NCBI GenBank assembly: GCA_964480775.1
Contig: CAYZRF010000009.1
Coordinates: 30,001 to 62,000, forward strand
DNA: 32,000 nt
Source of the DNA: an uncultured Nitrososphaerota archaeon
GTDB lineage: Archaea; Korarchaeota; Korarchaeia; Korarchaeales; Korarchaeaceae
Direction of reading: 5' to 3'
The notes under the pieces are model-generated. The model saw nothing but the letters and a program-made list of their open reading frames with translations, was not told where the DNA came from and searched no databases. Positions 1 through 8,926 of this stretch are shown here, piece by piece. Every line of letters begins with the position of its first letter. Position 1 is the stretch's first letter. A program made the translations under genes and the position numbers.

Positions 1-82
1 TCACGAAAAACTATAAACACCTCCTTGTTGCACTCACTCTCCACCCCTCAGTTTCAAAGCATGATGGTGCGTCTTCGCATTT

Positions 83-1021
83 TTATCCACGAAAACTACT
101 TTGTTTCTCCTTAAGAAAGGCCTCAAGCTCTTCCAAGGTTGGAAGGGCTTCTTGGGCTCCTATCTTAGTGGTTGCTAGAGCTCCAGCATGATTCGCCATA
201 AAAACAGCTTCGTTTAGGTTTTTTCCTGAAGCCAAAGCAAATGCAAGAGCACCACAAAAGGCATCACCAGCACCTGTTGTATCAACGGCTTTAACACTAA
301 CTCCTGGGATAATTTTATGCTCATTCTTATCAACAAGCAGGGCTCCTTTTTTCCCAAGCGTTATAACTACGGCGTTTATACCAAATCCTAATAATTTTCT
401 TCCCGCCTCTATAGCAGAATCTAAATCTTTTACAGGTATTCCAGTGAGAATTTCTGCTTCTACCTCGTTTGGAACAATTACATCCACTGATTCTAATAGC
501 TCCTTAGGTAAGGACCTTGCGGGGGCAGGATTCAGAATTACCCTAAGGCCAATCTGTTTTGCGAGCGTAGCAGCATATTGAACAGTTTCTGTTGGAATCT
601 CTAATTGAAGAAGGAGCACAGATGTCCTTTTCATTAGATCCTTTATCCTATTAACATCTTCAGGTGAACACCGAGAATTGGCTCCAGAGGCTACAGCTAT
701 CAAATTCTTTCCAGCCTGATCAACCATTATAAGAGCGACTCCTGTATGTGCATTTTTGTCAATTGTTAGATAATCCACATTTACGCCTTTATCCTTGAAG
801 TTCTTCAGAAGTATTCTTCCAAAATCATCGTCTCCTACCCTACCAACAAAATAAGACTCTGCTCCCAACTTTGAAGCTGCGACTGCTTGATTTGCACCTT
901 TTCCTCCTGGAGACATCTTAAATTTCCCGCCAATTACAGTTTCTCCAACTACTGGGAGTTTTCTTAGTTTTACAATGAGATCCATGTTAGCAGAACCTAC
1001 TACAACAATCCTAGGACCCAA
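83..1021 (-). CDS. rbsK: Ribokinase (PfkB family)
   Basis: 312-aa ORF with a TTG start. N-terminal 'IVVVGSANMDL...SPGGKGANQAVAASKLG' and C-terminal 'VDTTGAGDAFCGA' are the two PfkB/ribokinase signatures, in the expected order and spacing. Confidence 0.88.
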   Translation of the reverse strand: MGPRIVVVGSANMDLIVKLRKLPVVGETVIGGKFKMSPGGKGANQAVAASKLGAESYFVGRVGDDDFGRILLKNFKDKGVNVDYLTIDKNAHTGVALIMVDQAGKNLIAVASGANSRCSPEDVNRIKDLMKRTSVLLLQLEIPTETVQYAATLAKQIGLRVILNPAPARSLPKELLESVDVIVPNEVEAEILTGIPVKDLDSAIEAGRKLLGFGINAVVITLGKKGALLVDKNEHKIIPGVSVKAVDTTGAGDAFCGALAFALASGKNLNEAVFMANHAGALATTKIGAQEALPTLEELEAFLKEKQSSFRG

Positions 1022-1232
1022 GGAACCACCGGCATTCCTTTCACGAAGAACTCAAAAAAGTGTTGCAGTTTGAAATACTTGTTGACACAATCCGCATTTT
1101 AAACCTATTTGAAGCTCCTAAAGACAGTTTAATAGTAGTTTAGGCCCAAAATTCAGATTATTTTCAAGTCTAGAATGGAAACAATCTCACTAACCAAAGA
1201 GATTAATTAATTTCTCAAAAGTTGGAATTTAG

Positions 1233-2576
1233 ATGGCTGATATCCTTATCAGACGTGGAATTGTAGTTCCCATGACTGAGAGAAAGATCTTGAAAGAAAC
1301 TTCAATTGCGGTAAGAGAAGGAAGAATTGTTGCTATGGGACCAGACGACACCATTAGAAGGGAATTTCCATCGGATATAGAGATAGATGCGTCCGATCAC
1401 ATAGTAATACCTGGTCTCATCAATACTCACACCCATCTCGCAATGACATTATTCAGAGGGGTGATGGATGGAGTTTCAGGCATGGAATGGCTCGACAGAG
1501 CGTGGTCCATAGAATCAAATCTCACTAGAGACGATGTATACTGGGGATCCTTGTTAGGTTGCTTAGAGATGATAAAAGGAGGAACCACCTGTTTTGCGGA
1601 TCACTACTTCTTCATGGATACAGTGGTAGACGCTGTTAAGGAGTCCTTTATTAGAGCTGCCTTAGCTCAAGCAATAATTGAAGAAGGAGGGCCTATGGGC
1701 ATAGATACCACGCTTGAGGGAAGTTTAAACTTTGCAAAGCGATATGATGGAGCGGCAAAGGGAAGGATAACTTGCATGCTTGGTCCACACTCTGCTTACA
1801 CTTGTAGTCCGGATCTATTGAAGGAAGTAAGAGGACTATCAGAGGAAACAGGTCTAAGGGTTCACATACACTTATCTGAAGGTATGTCTGAGTTAAGGAT
1901 TGTAAAAGAAAAGTATAAAACAACTTCAATAAGGTTACTCAACCAAATAGGACTTCTTAACCCAAAATTGCTGGCAGCTCATGTAGTCTTTGCCGATAAA
2001 GAGGAAATTGAGCTTTTGAAGGAAAAAAATGTCAATGTGAATCACAATCCGATTTGTAAGATGAAAGGGGGTCATGGGGCCTCGCCAGTCGCCAAGATGC
2101 TTAAAAAAGGGATTAATGTTTCTTTGGGCACAGATGGAGTCGGAAGCAACAATAATCTGGATTTGTTGGAGGAGATGAAGTTTGCAGCTTTACTGCAACC
2201 ATTAGTTGAACGGGACCCTAAGGCCATATCTGCTTGGGACGTGTTAGAGATGGCAACGATAAATGGAGCGAGAGCTTTAGGCATAGAAAGAGATGTAGGA
2301 AGTATAGAGATAGGCAAAAAGGCAGATTTAGTAATTATAAGGAGAAGGGTACCCCATATGGTTCCATTGCATAATATCCCCTCTTTGTTAGTGTACTCTG
2401 CTAATGGAAATGATGTAGACACCGTTATAGTTGATGGCAAGATTGTGATGAGTAATAGGAAGGTTCTCACAATAGATGAAGAGGTTGTTATGAGAGAAGC
2501 TCAGCGAGTGTTTGAGAAGCTGCTTGAAAGAAGCGGCTGGAAGTCCATTATGGAGGGGATTCCGGAGAAAATCTGA
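1233..2576 (+). CDS. mtaD: Amidohydrolase of the COG0402 type (5'-methylthioadenosine/S-adenosylhomocysteine or 5'-deoxyadenosine deaminase-like)
   Basis: 447-aa ORF with an ATG start. Metal-ligand motifs occur in canonical order: 'INTHTHLAM', 'HIHLSE', 'HNP', 'GTDGVGSNNNLD'. Substrate cannot be fixed from sequence alone. Confidence 0.75.
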   Translation: MADILIRRGIVVPMTERKILKETSIAVREGRIVAMGPDDTIRREFPSDIEIDASDHIVIPGLINTHTHLAMTLFRGVMDGVSGMEWLDRAWSIESNLTRDDVYWGSLLGCLEMIKGGTTCFADHYFFMDTVVDAVKESFIRAALAQAIIEEGGPMGIDTTLEGSLNFAKRYDGAAKGRITCMLGPHSAYTCSPDLLKEVRGLSEETGLRVHIHLSEGMSELRIVKEKYKTTSIRLLNQIGLLNPKLLAAHVVFADKEEIELLKEKNVNVNHNPICKMKGGHGASPVAKMLKKGINVSLGTDGVGSNNNLDLLEEMKFAALLQPLVERDPKAISAWDVLEMATINGARALGIERDVGSIEIGKKADLVIIRRRVPHMVPLHNIPSLLVYSANGNDVDTVIVDGKIVMSNRKVLTIDEEVVMREAQRVFEKLLERSGWKSIMEGIPEKI

Positions 2577-2653
2577 GGTTGTCATAAAGAGAACAAAAAG
2601 ACCCAAATCACAATAATCAACCTCTGAACTCAATTAAGCTGCTTTTCGGATAG

Positions 2654-3457
2654 CTACCAAAATCCTATGGCTTTGACTCCATTCTTCTTTATCCAAAGGT
2701 TGACTAGCTTCATTGCAAGTATAGCAAAAATTAGCATAATTGCGCACACTATTATCGAGAAGAGGAGGGCCTCCCTCACTAACTCGGGCGGGGCTGAGGA
2801 TATTGCAACCTTCACCAGATGAGAAGGAGCTGTGTATGGAATGCACAGGTAAATTAGCCCCGTTCTTTTTGGAAGAGAGTGAACTGGAATCATCATAAGT
2901 CCGATAACACCTAAATTTAGTATTTCAAGCAAATTGCCAGGTATACTTGTTCTCATAGAAATGGCAGCAATTGTAAAACCATAAGAAAGGCTCTCTATGG
3001 CAAGTAAGGTCATACCTGTAATTAACAAAGATATTTGATCCACTGTTAGCAGATCAACATTGAATGCTCCTCTAACTAACGCTGCCATGAACAGAAGGGA
3101 GGACGCAATTACGGTGGACCCAGTAACAAGTCTTCCGAGCAAAGTCTTGAAGGGGGAGAACCCCCTAAGCAAGTGTTCTTCCACCATACCTATAGAGATG
3201 AAAAATCTCATCCAACCACCTACAAGCGAGGAGAAATTGGATATCATACTCCAAGCTACTATCACCCAAAAGGCACCCTTAACAACCGTAGTTAGTTGTT
3301 CTTTAGGTACAAATAGCAGAGATCCAAGTACAAACAGGAACACCCAAGCAGCTTCAGAAAGTATCATGTTCAAGAATGACCATTTGTACCGCCAAAGCCT
3401 AATGGTATGGAGGTATAAGACTGCTTTCATTCGAACTAGGGCAGGTTTTAACTTCAT
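2654..3457 (-). CDS. ABC-2 type transporter permease
   Basis: 267-aa ORF that is almost entirely hydrophobic helices. Its start overlaps the upstream permease stop by 4 nt (ATGA). It is the last gene of the ATPase-permease-permease unit. Confidence 0.75.
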   Translation of the reverse strand: MKLKPALVRMKAVLYLHTIRLWRYKWSFLNMILSEAAWVFLFVLGSLLFVPKEQLTTVVKGAFWVIVAWSMISNFSSLVGGWMRFFISIGMVEEHLLRGFSPFKTLLGRLVTGSTVIASSLLFMAALVRGAFNVDLLTVDQISLLITGMTLLAIESLSYGFTIAAISMRTSIPGNLLEILNLGVIGLMMIPVHSLPKRTGLIYLCIPYTAPSHLVKVAISSAPPELVREALLFSIIVCAIMLIFAILAMKLVNLWIKKNGVKAIGFW

Positions 3458-4266
3458 ATGGCTCCCTTCCTCATAGCTTTTCTCTCTCCCGCCCGAATGA
3501 ACAGTCCCGAGGCTGAGTTATAGATAATAGACATAGCTACGAGGGCACCGATAAGCAACGTAATTTTCCTAAGTTCTGGAGAACCCATAACAGCCGATAG
3601 TCTAGCGAGTTCAATCGTGTATGTAGATGGAAGGGCTTTGGAAATTATTCTAGCCCATCTTGGTAGGAGATATGCGGGATAAAATGCTCCAGAGAAGAGA
3701 AGGATGAGTGGGTTTAGCCAGCCTAAGACGTTTGATTCCTCTTTGATGGAAAGTAAGAACGACGTGAAAAGAGCAGAAAATCCCAGTAAAGGTAACATAC
3801 CTAAAGTTACAGCAAGAATCATAATGCTAAGCCTAAACAACCCCCCGCAGAATCCTTCCATTACAAAGATAAGAGGAGCAAACTCGACAAGTTGAATGCT
3901 CGCGTTTAGCAAGTATCTAGGCACATAGCTTAGAACCAGTATTATCGAAGTTCTATTAGGAGATAGAAGTATGTACGGTAGTGTTCCTATCCATCTGTGT
4001 TCCAAAACACTTCCACCAATCCCCCACATAACATCTAGAGATACCATGGTTGCCAGAGTAGAGGCAATAAAGTACATCAGTGGATTCACCGATACACCTA
4101 CGTTTTGTTTGAAGGATTCTGTGCTACCGAACAGGTATCCCATGCCTAATATTAGTGCTAAAGTCAGATACGGCCAGATGAGCATGGAAAAGAAGGCTAG
4201 CCTGTTATTCTTGAAGAAGTATATGTCAAGCATAACGCCAGACTTGAATAATGTTCTCAGAGCCAT
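3454..4266 (-). CDS. ABC-2 type transporter permease
   Basis: 270-aa polytopic membrane ORF starting 10 nt downstream of the ABC ATPase stop. Paralogous in layout to the next permease. Confidence 0.75.
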   Translation of the reverse strand: MALRTLFKSGVMLDIYFFKNNRLAFFSMLIWPYLTLALILGMGYLFGSTESFKQNVGVSVNPLMYFIASTLATMVSLDVMWGIGGSVLEHRWIGTLPYILLSPNRTSIILVLSYVPRYLLNASIQLVEFAPLIFVMEGFCGGLFRLSIMILAVTLGMLPLLGFSALFTSFLLSIKEESNVLGWLNPLILLFSGAFYPAYLLPRWARIISKALPSTYTIELARLSAVMGSPELRKITLLIGALVAMSIIYNSASGLFIRAGERKAMRKGAI

Positions 4267-4276
4267 CTTGGCTCCC

Positions 4277-5296
4277 TCAGAATCCCTTTCTTCCCGTTAA
4301 CTGGATGAATACATCCTCTAGATTAGGTTCTTTTACCTCTACCCTTCTGATCTTGCATCCATTCCTATGTAGAATATCCAACACCGTTGAGGTTATGTCT
4401 TCCATCCCTTCTGGGGGCTGAACGACTTTTAGCCTCACCAGCCCATTTTCAGGAAAGGCTTCACATGGAGCATCTATTAGCGATCTTACTGTTTCTATAA
4501 GTGAAGCAACAGAAACTTTGGCTGGTGGAGCTGCAATGATCTCCAATGAGATCTTACCCGCTAAACGTCTTTTTAGTTTCTCTACTTCATCGAGAGCTAC
4601 TATCTTACCCTCATTTATGATGGCCACCCTATCGCACAAGATCTCAGCTTCAAACATGTTGTGAGTCGTTATGAGCACGGTTTTTCCATCTTTATGAGCT
4701 AACTTTACTAAAAGCTCCCTCAAAGTTCTCGCTGATGGAGGATCTAACCCCAGTGTTGGTTCATCGAGAATTAATACTTCGGGATCCGTTATCAAAGCTC
4801 TAGCTATGCTTAACCTGGCTTTCATTCCTAAAGAATACTCTTCATATAGCTTGTCCGCCACTCCCAAGCTAGTTAACCCAACGATTTCGAGACATCGTTG
4901 TACACTTGTCCTTAACTCTTCGCCATCAAGCCCATAGAGCATTCCAAAGTAAGAAAGGTTTTCTCTCCCTGTAAGCTTCCAAAAGAATCCTTTCTCAACT
5001 GATAACGAAACCCCAATTAATTTTCTAACTTCAGGAGCTTCTTTTACGACATCATAACCCAATATTCTAGCTTCTCCACTATCTGGAAGAAGAAGTGTAC
5101 TGAGAATCTTGACAGTCGTAGTTTTTCCGGCACCGTTTGGTCCTAGAAGACCGAAAACTTCTCCTCTTTTTACCAAAAAGGAGACTCCTTTTAGGGCGTG
5201 GACTTCTTGTCTCTCCCTTCTAATCAGCCCCTTTCTTAGATAGGTCAAGTAGATCTTTCTAAGATCTCTTGCTACTATCACATCTTGTTCTAACAT
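4277..5296 (-). CDS. ABC transporter ATP-binding protein (ABC-2/DrrA-like) with a C-terminal extension
   Basis: Walker A 'GPNGAGKTT', ABC signature 'YSLGMKARLSIA', Walker B 'LILDEPTLGLD', H-loop 'TTHNM'. About 100 extra C-terminal residues. Confidence 0.9.
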   Translation of the reverse strand: MLEQDVIVARDLRKIYLTYLRKGLIRRERQEVHALKGVSFLVKRGEVFGLLGPNGAGKTTTVKILSTLLLPDSGEARILGYDVVKEAPEVRKLIGVSLSVEKGFFWKLTGRENLSYFGMLYGLDGEELRTSVQRCLEIVGLTSLGVADKLYEEYSLGMKARLSIARALITDPEVLILDEPTLGLDPPSARTLRELLVKLAHKDGKTVLITTHNMFEAEILCDRVAIINEGKIVALDEVEKLKRRLAGKISLEIIAAPPAKVSVASLIETVRSLIDAPCEAFPENGLVRLKVVQPPEGMEDITSTVLDILHRNGCKIRRVEVKEPNLEDVFIQLTGRKGF

Positions 5297-5542
5297 TGAA
5301 TATCCCCTGTTTCGAAGCCCTATTAAGGCATAACTTGTGTCCCAATTTTAACAGTTAGTCACTAAACATCATTACTTTAAGTTAACTAAGTACTCAAATC
5401 TTATGATCTTCTCTGTTACGTAGAGTTCTCAGTTGATATTTGGCAGTCAAACCCATTTTCATGGCAAAATCTGTAGCTGTGATAAGTGATCTATCGTTCA
5501 AACATTAGACTCGCATAAATTACTGCAACTGGGTTAATCGAA

Positions 5543-6892
5543 TTAGTAAACCAGTAGTTGTTTAAGGCTTGGATTTAGCTCGATGGCTCTTTGCGTTAGA
5601 TCTCTTGCTGCTTCAATACCCAAAGATATAATTGAACCTACATCGTGCTTAGTGAGAGATCCTTTCTTAACCACAATCTTGCCATCAACTATAACGGTGT
5701 CTACATCATTTCCATTAGCATTGTAGACCACATTGGCACGAGGGTCAAACCTAGGGTTCATATGGGGCTTTTTCATATTTATTAGAATCAAATCTGCTAT
5801 TTTTCCTTTTTCTAAGGAGCCTAGCTTGTCTCCTAAGCCCAATGCCTTAGCAGAGTCAATAGTTGCCATTCTTAACAGATTTTTAAATCCCATTGCTGAA
5901 GGATTTCCAGTAAGTTGCCTCTGAGTCATGGCTGCTGCTCTCATCTCTTCTATCATATCTGCTGGCCTGGCGTCAGTTCCTATTAGGACCCTAATTCCCA
6001 ATTCTAACATTTTTGTAGCTTTTGCGTAGCTTCCTCCCAAAGCATATGTTGAGGGGCAATAAACAACATTTGTGCGGGCCTGAGAAAGAAGTTTTAGATC
6101 TTGTTCGTCTACATGTATGCAGTGTGCAGCAATCAGATCTGGTCCGAGGATTTTAAGCTTATGAAGTAGGTCAACGGGGCTTCTAGCTCCCTTCCCCCAT
6201 GCTCCTCTAACTTTACTAACTTCCCTTCTCGATTGGGAGAGATGCATATGGATCTTGACGTTTTGTTCACTTGCTATCTCTCTTAGTTCCGCTAACCAAT
6301 CAGGACTAACCGTATCTGGAGCATGAGGGGCTAAGCAAGGGATTACTAGCGGATGCTTCCCCTTCCATCTCTTAACAAAGCTAACTCCCTTCTCAAATTC
6401 GGCTCTTCCAGTCCAAGGGCCATCTTCTGTCATTATTGTGTGTCCTAAGACACCTCTGATTCCTAACTCCGTCGTAGCCTTAGCTATTTCTTCCATAAAG
6501 AAGTAATGATCAACTATACAAGTAGTTCCAAAGAGAAGAGCTTCTGCTGCCCCCATAAGAGCTGCTTTATAACAATCCTCAGGAATCCAAGCTTTTTCCA
6601 TCGGCCAATAAACTTTGTACAACCTGTCTTTTTGCTCTCTACCAAGCCTCGATATAATACACATTGCTATGTGGGTGTGGGCATTGATAAAACCCGGGAG
6701 GACTATCATATCGCTAGCATTGATCTCTTCTTTTGCATCATAAGATGCTATAATCTCTTTTGAAGGACCTATATCTAAGATCCTATTTCCTTCAATCGCT
6801 ATAGCTGCGTCCTTCAAAATCCTATCATTCGAGTCCATAGTCACTACATATGCATTTTTGATGAGGATATCACACATTGGGCGGTTCTTCAT
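5543..6892 (-). CDS. Amidohydrolase family protein (second COG0402-like deaminase/chlorohydrolase paralogue)
   Basis: 449-aa ORF with 'INAHTHIAM', 'HMHLSQS', 'AAHCIH', 'GTDARPADM'. Same fold family as 1233..2576 but divergent around the last metal and substrate motifs. Confidence 0.7.
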   Translation of the reverse strand: MKNRPMCDILIKNAYVVTMDSNDRILKDAAIAIEGNRILDIGPSKEIIASYDAKEEINASDMIVLPGFINAHTHIAMCIISRLGREQKDRLYKVYWPMEKAWIPEDCYKAALMGAAEALLFGTTCIVDHYFFMEEIAKATTELGIRGVLGHTIMTEDGPWTGRAEFEKGVSFVKRWKGKHPLVIPCLAPHAPDTVSPDWLAELREIASEQNVKIHMHLSQSRREVSKVRGAWGKGARSPVDLLHKLKILGPDLIAAHCIHVDEQDLKLLSQARTNVVYCPSTYALGGSYAKATKMLELGIRVLIGTDARPADMIEEMRAAAMTQRQLTGNPSAMGFKNLLRMATIDSAKALGLGDKLGSLEKGKIADLILINMKKPHMNPRFDPRANVVYNANGNDVDTVIVDGKIVVKKGSLTKHDVGSIISLGIEAARDLTQRAIELNPSLKQLLVY

Positions 6893-7008
6893 AGGCTAAA
6901 AGATAATCTTTGACGCTAAAGCTAAGGGTTGATACTGCTATCCAAAAGGTCCATGACCCCCCATCTTTTTCAATTAAATCTCAAAGCATGTTAGCGGAGG
7001 GTTAGCCC

Positions 7009-7875
7009 TTGGAGTTTGAAGTGAATTGGGCTCGTAAGTTTTATGGCAAGAGGATGAAGTCGATTTCGGAACTTTTCGAGGTTGAAAAGGCTATTATAGG
7101 AATGGTTCATTTGCCACCGCTACCGGGTTCTGTTGCCTACGAAGGAGAAAGCATGGACTCAATTATTGAATTCGCCCTTAAAGACGCAAGATTGCTTCAG
7201 GAAGGGGGAGTAGACGGCCTTATAGTAGAGAACATGTGGGATTTACCTTATTTTGTTGGAGAAAATGTTCCTCCAGAAGAGATAGCATCAATGGCGGTAG
7301 CTACGAGGGAAGTAATTAAAGAATCCTCAGTTCCTGTTGGAGTCAACATCGTACACAACGGGTGGAGAGGAGAGCTTTCCATAGCCGTTGCTTCTGGAGC
7401 CAAGTTCATGAGAGTTTGTTTACTGGCTGGAGCTCTTGTTTGGGACACTGGAGAATTTGATCATGGAGTATGTGCTAAGCTACTTAGGATGAGAAAGTTC
7501 TTGCATGCAGAACATGTTAAGCTCTTTGCAGATGTGACTAAGAAGCATGCGGTCATGTTTCCTGGAATAGATCTGAAGAAGCACGCAGAATGGTTAAATT
7601 TTTACATGGCTGATGCTCTTATAGTAACAGGAACAATGACCGGAAAGTCTCCAAGTGTAGAAAAAGTCAAGAAGGTTAGGGAGTACCTGCCAGACAGGCC
7701 TATACTGGTCGGAAGCGGAGTTAATCCTTCAAATGTCAGGGATTTCTTTAGGTACGCAGATGGTGCCATTGTTGGCACGTACTTCAAAGTTGGCGGCTTA
7801 ACCCAAAATCCTGTGGAATTAGATAGAGTTAAACGATTGATGGAAGAAGTAAGGCGTATAAGAAGGGGGGAATAG
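7009..7875 (+). CDS. BtpA/SgcQ family TIM-barrel protein
   Basis: 288-aa ORF. 'IIGMVHLPPLPGS' near the N-terminus is the hallmark of the BtpA/SgcQ family, followed by 'DGLIVEN'. TTG start at 7009 is preceded by GGAGGG (6996-7001). An in-frame ATG at 7054 is an alternative start. Confidence 0.75.
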   Translation: MEFEVNWARKFYGKRMKSISELFEVEKAIIGMVHLPPLPGSVAYEGESMDSIIEFALKDARLLQEGGVDGLIVENMWDLPYFVGENVPPEEIASMAVATREVIKESSVPVGVNIVHNGWRGELSIAVASGAKFMRVCLLAGALVWDTGEFDHGVCAKLLRMRKFLHAEHVKLFADVTKKHAVMFPGIDLKKHAEWLNFYMADALIVTGTMTGKSPSVEKVKKVREYLPDRPILVGSGVNPSNVRDFFRYADGAIVGTYFKVGGLTQNPVELDRVKRLMEEVRRIRRGE

Positions 7876-7978
7876 GTTTCTGAATGAATTCTTTCTTATC
7901 CTAGGAGACATAGACGTCGACATCATCTTATATGGAGAAAGCTATCCAGGAAGGGGAAGCATAGCCGTATCAGATGAT

Positions 7979-8821
7979 GTGAGAATCTGTAGCGGGGGTG
8001 TTGGCGCCAATATCGCTGTAGCTCTAGCGAAACTGGGGGCAGAAACCCGACTTACTGGGGCAATAGGAGACGATTCATGGGGTAACCTTGTAATTAGAGA
8101 AATGACAGAGAAAGGGGTTAATTTAAATCTCCTACAGATAAAAAAGGGTGAATTAACAGGCTTTATGTTTATTTTTGTTGATAAAGAAGGAGAGAGAACA
8201 ATCCTAGGATATAGGGGTGCAAACAAGAGATTTAGGGCCACAAGAGAGGTTTTGGAGGTAGCTTCCAGAGCGTCACATGTTCACGTATCAGGTTATTCTT
8301 TAATGGACTCAGAAGAATTCCCTCATGCATTTTCACTACTTAAGACTGCAAAGAAGTTTGGTAGGACCACTTCAGTTGACATTGAAGGCATTGCATTTCA
8401 AGGAAAAGCAAAAGTCCTTCAATTAAAGGGACTCATTAATTATTGCTTCTCAAACGAGACAGAAGCAAAAGCTCTGTGTGGAAAATTTGACAACAAAAGG
8501 TTTGAATCTTTTAGGAAAGAATTAGGGGCAGAAGTATTTGTAGTCAAAACAGGCAAAGAAGGGTGTCTTGTACTATGGGACTGCGGCATAGAATTGGTAT
8601 CTGCCATGAAAATAAAGGTAAAAGATACAACTGGCGCGGGAGATGCTTTCAACGCAGGTTTCTTATTTGGAATTTCGAAAGGTCTGAGTCCTAGCTCAGC
8701 ATGTAGGCTAGGAAATGCTGTGGCTGGGTATAAATGTGAAGGAGAAGGAGCCCAGCACCTTCCGAGCATAGAACAGTTAGTTAAAAGGTGGCCAGAATTG
8801 AAATCTATGCTATTAAAATGA
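7979..8821 (+). CDS. PfkB-family sugar/nucleoside kinase (5' end problematic)
   Basis: 280-aa ORF from GTG 7979 with 'GGVGANIAVALAKLG' and 'DTTGAGDAFNAG'. The same frame is open back to 7862 and encodes the conserved PfkB N-terminus 'FFLILGDIDVDIILYGESYPGRGSIAVSDD'. There is no ATG/GTG/TTG in that stretch, so the true 5' end probably lies near 7880-7890 (see finding). Confidence 0.7.
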   Translation: MRICSGGVGANIAVALAKLGAETRLTGAIGDDSWGNLVIREMTEKGVNLNLLQIKKGELTGFMFIFVDKEGERTILGYRGANKRFRATREVLEVASRASHVHVSGYSLMDSEEFPHAFSLLKTAKKFGRTTSVDIEGIAFQGKAKVLQLKGLINYCFSNETEAKALCGKFDNKRFESFRKELGAEVFVVKTGKEGCLVLWDCGIELVSAMKIKVKDTTGAGDAFNAGFLFGISKGLSPSSACRLGNAVAGYKCEGEGAQHLPSIEQLVKRWPELKSMLLK

Positions 8822-8854
8822 TCAGGGTCAAACACTCTTATTCTTGTTGCAGAA

Positions 8855-8873
8855 GCATTAATGTGATTAATGC
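8855..8873. promoter_or_regulatory. Perfect 8-bp inverted repeat (GCATTAAT-gtg-ATTAATGC) between the two PfkB kinase genes
   Basis: Read directly from the sequence. Centred about 63 nt upstream of ATG 8927. It could be an operator or a hairpin. Confidence 0.3.
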
Positions 8874-8926
8874 ACTAATAATTGGTAAGCTGTATCTATC
8901 CTCTTCTGCTAGTTTTGGGTGATAGA

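Noticed and set aside
1-82. A strong anti-16S match AGGAGGTG on the minus strand (18-25) and an open plus-strand frame entering from the left edge.
   Set aside because: No canonical start follows the SD within 4-10 nt inside the window; the nearest GTG is 14 nt away at the very edge. The plus-strand fragment is only 37 codons with no recognisable motif. Neither can be called from this window.
1062-1086. CRISPR-repeat-like string GTTGCAGTTTGAAATACTTGTTGAC in the rbsK/mtaD divergent spacer.
   Set aside because: It is a single copy with no spacer-repeat periodicity anywhere in the window.
1693-4300. Shadow ORFs opposite or overlapping mtaD and the ABC-2 genes. They are 1693..1929, 2072..2470, 2388..2633, 2634..2846, 3060..3476, 3704..3895 and 3971..4300.
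   Set aside because: Each lies within or antisense to a CDS with clear family motifs, and none has motifs or translation signals of its own.
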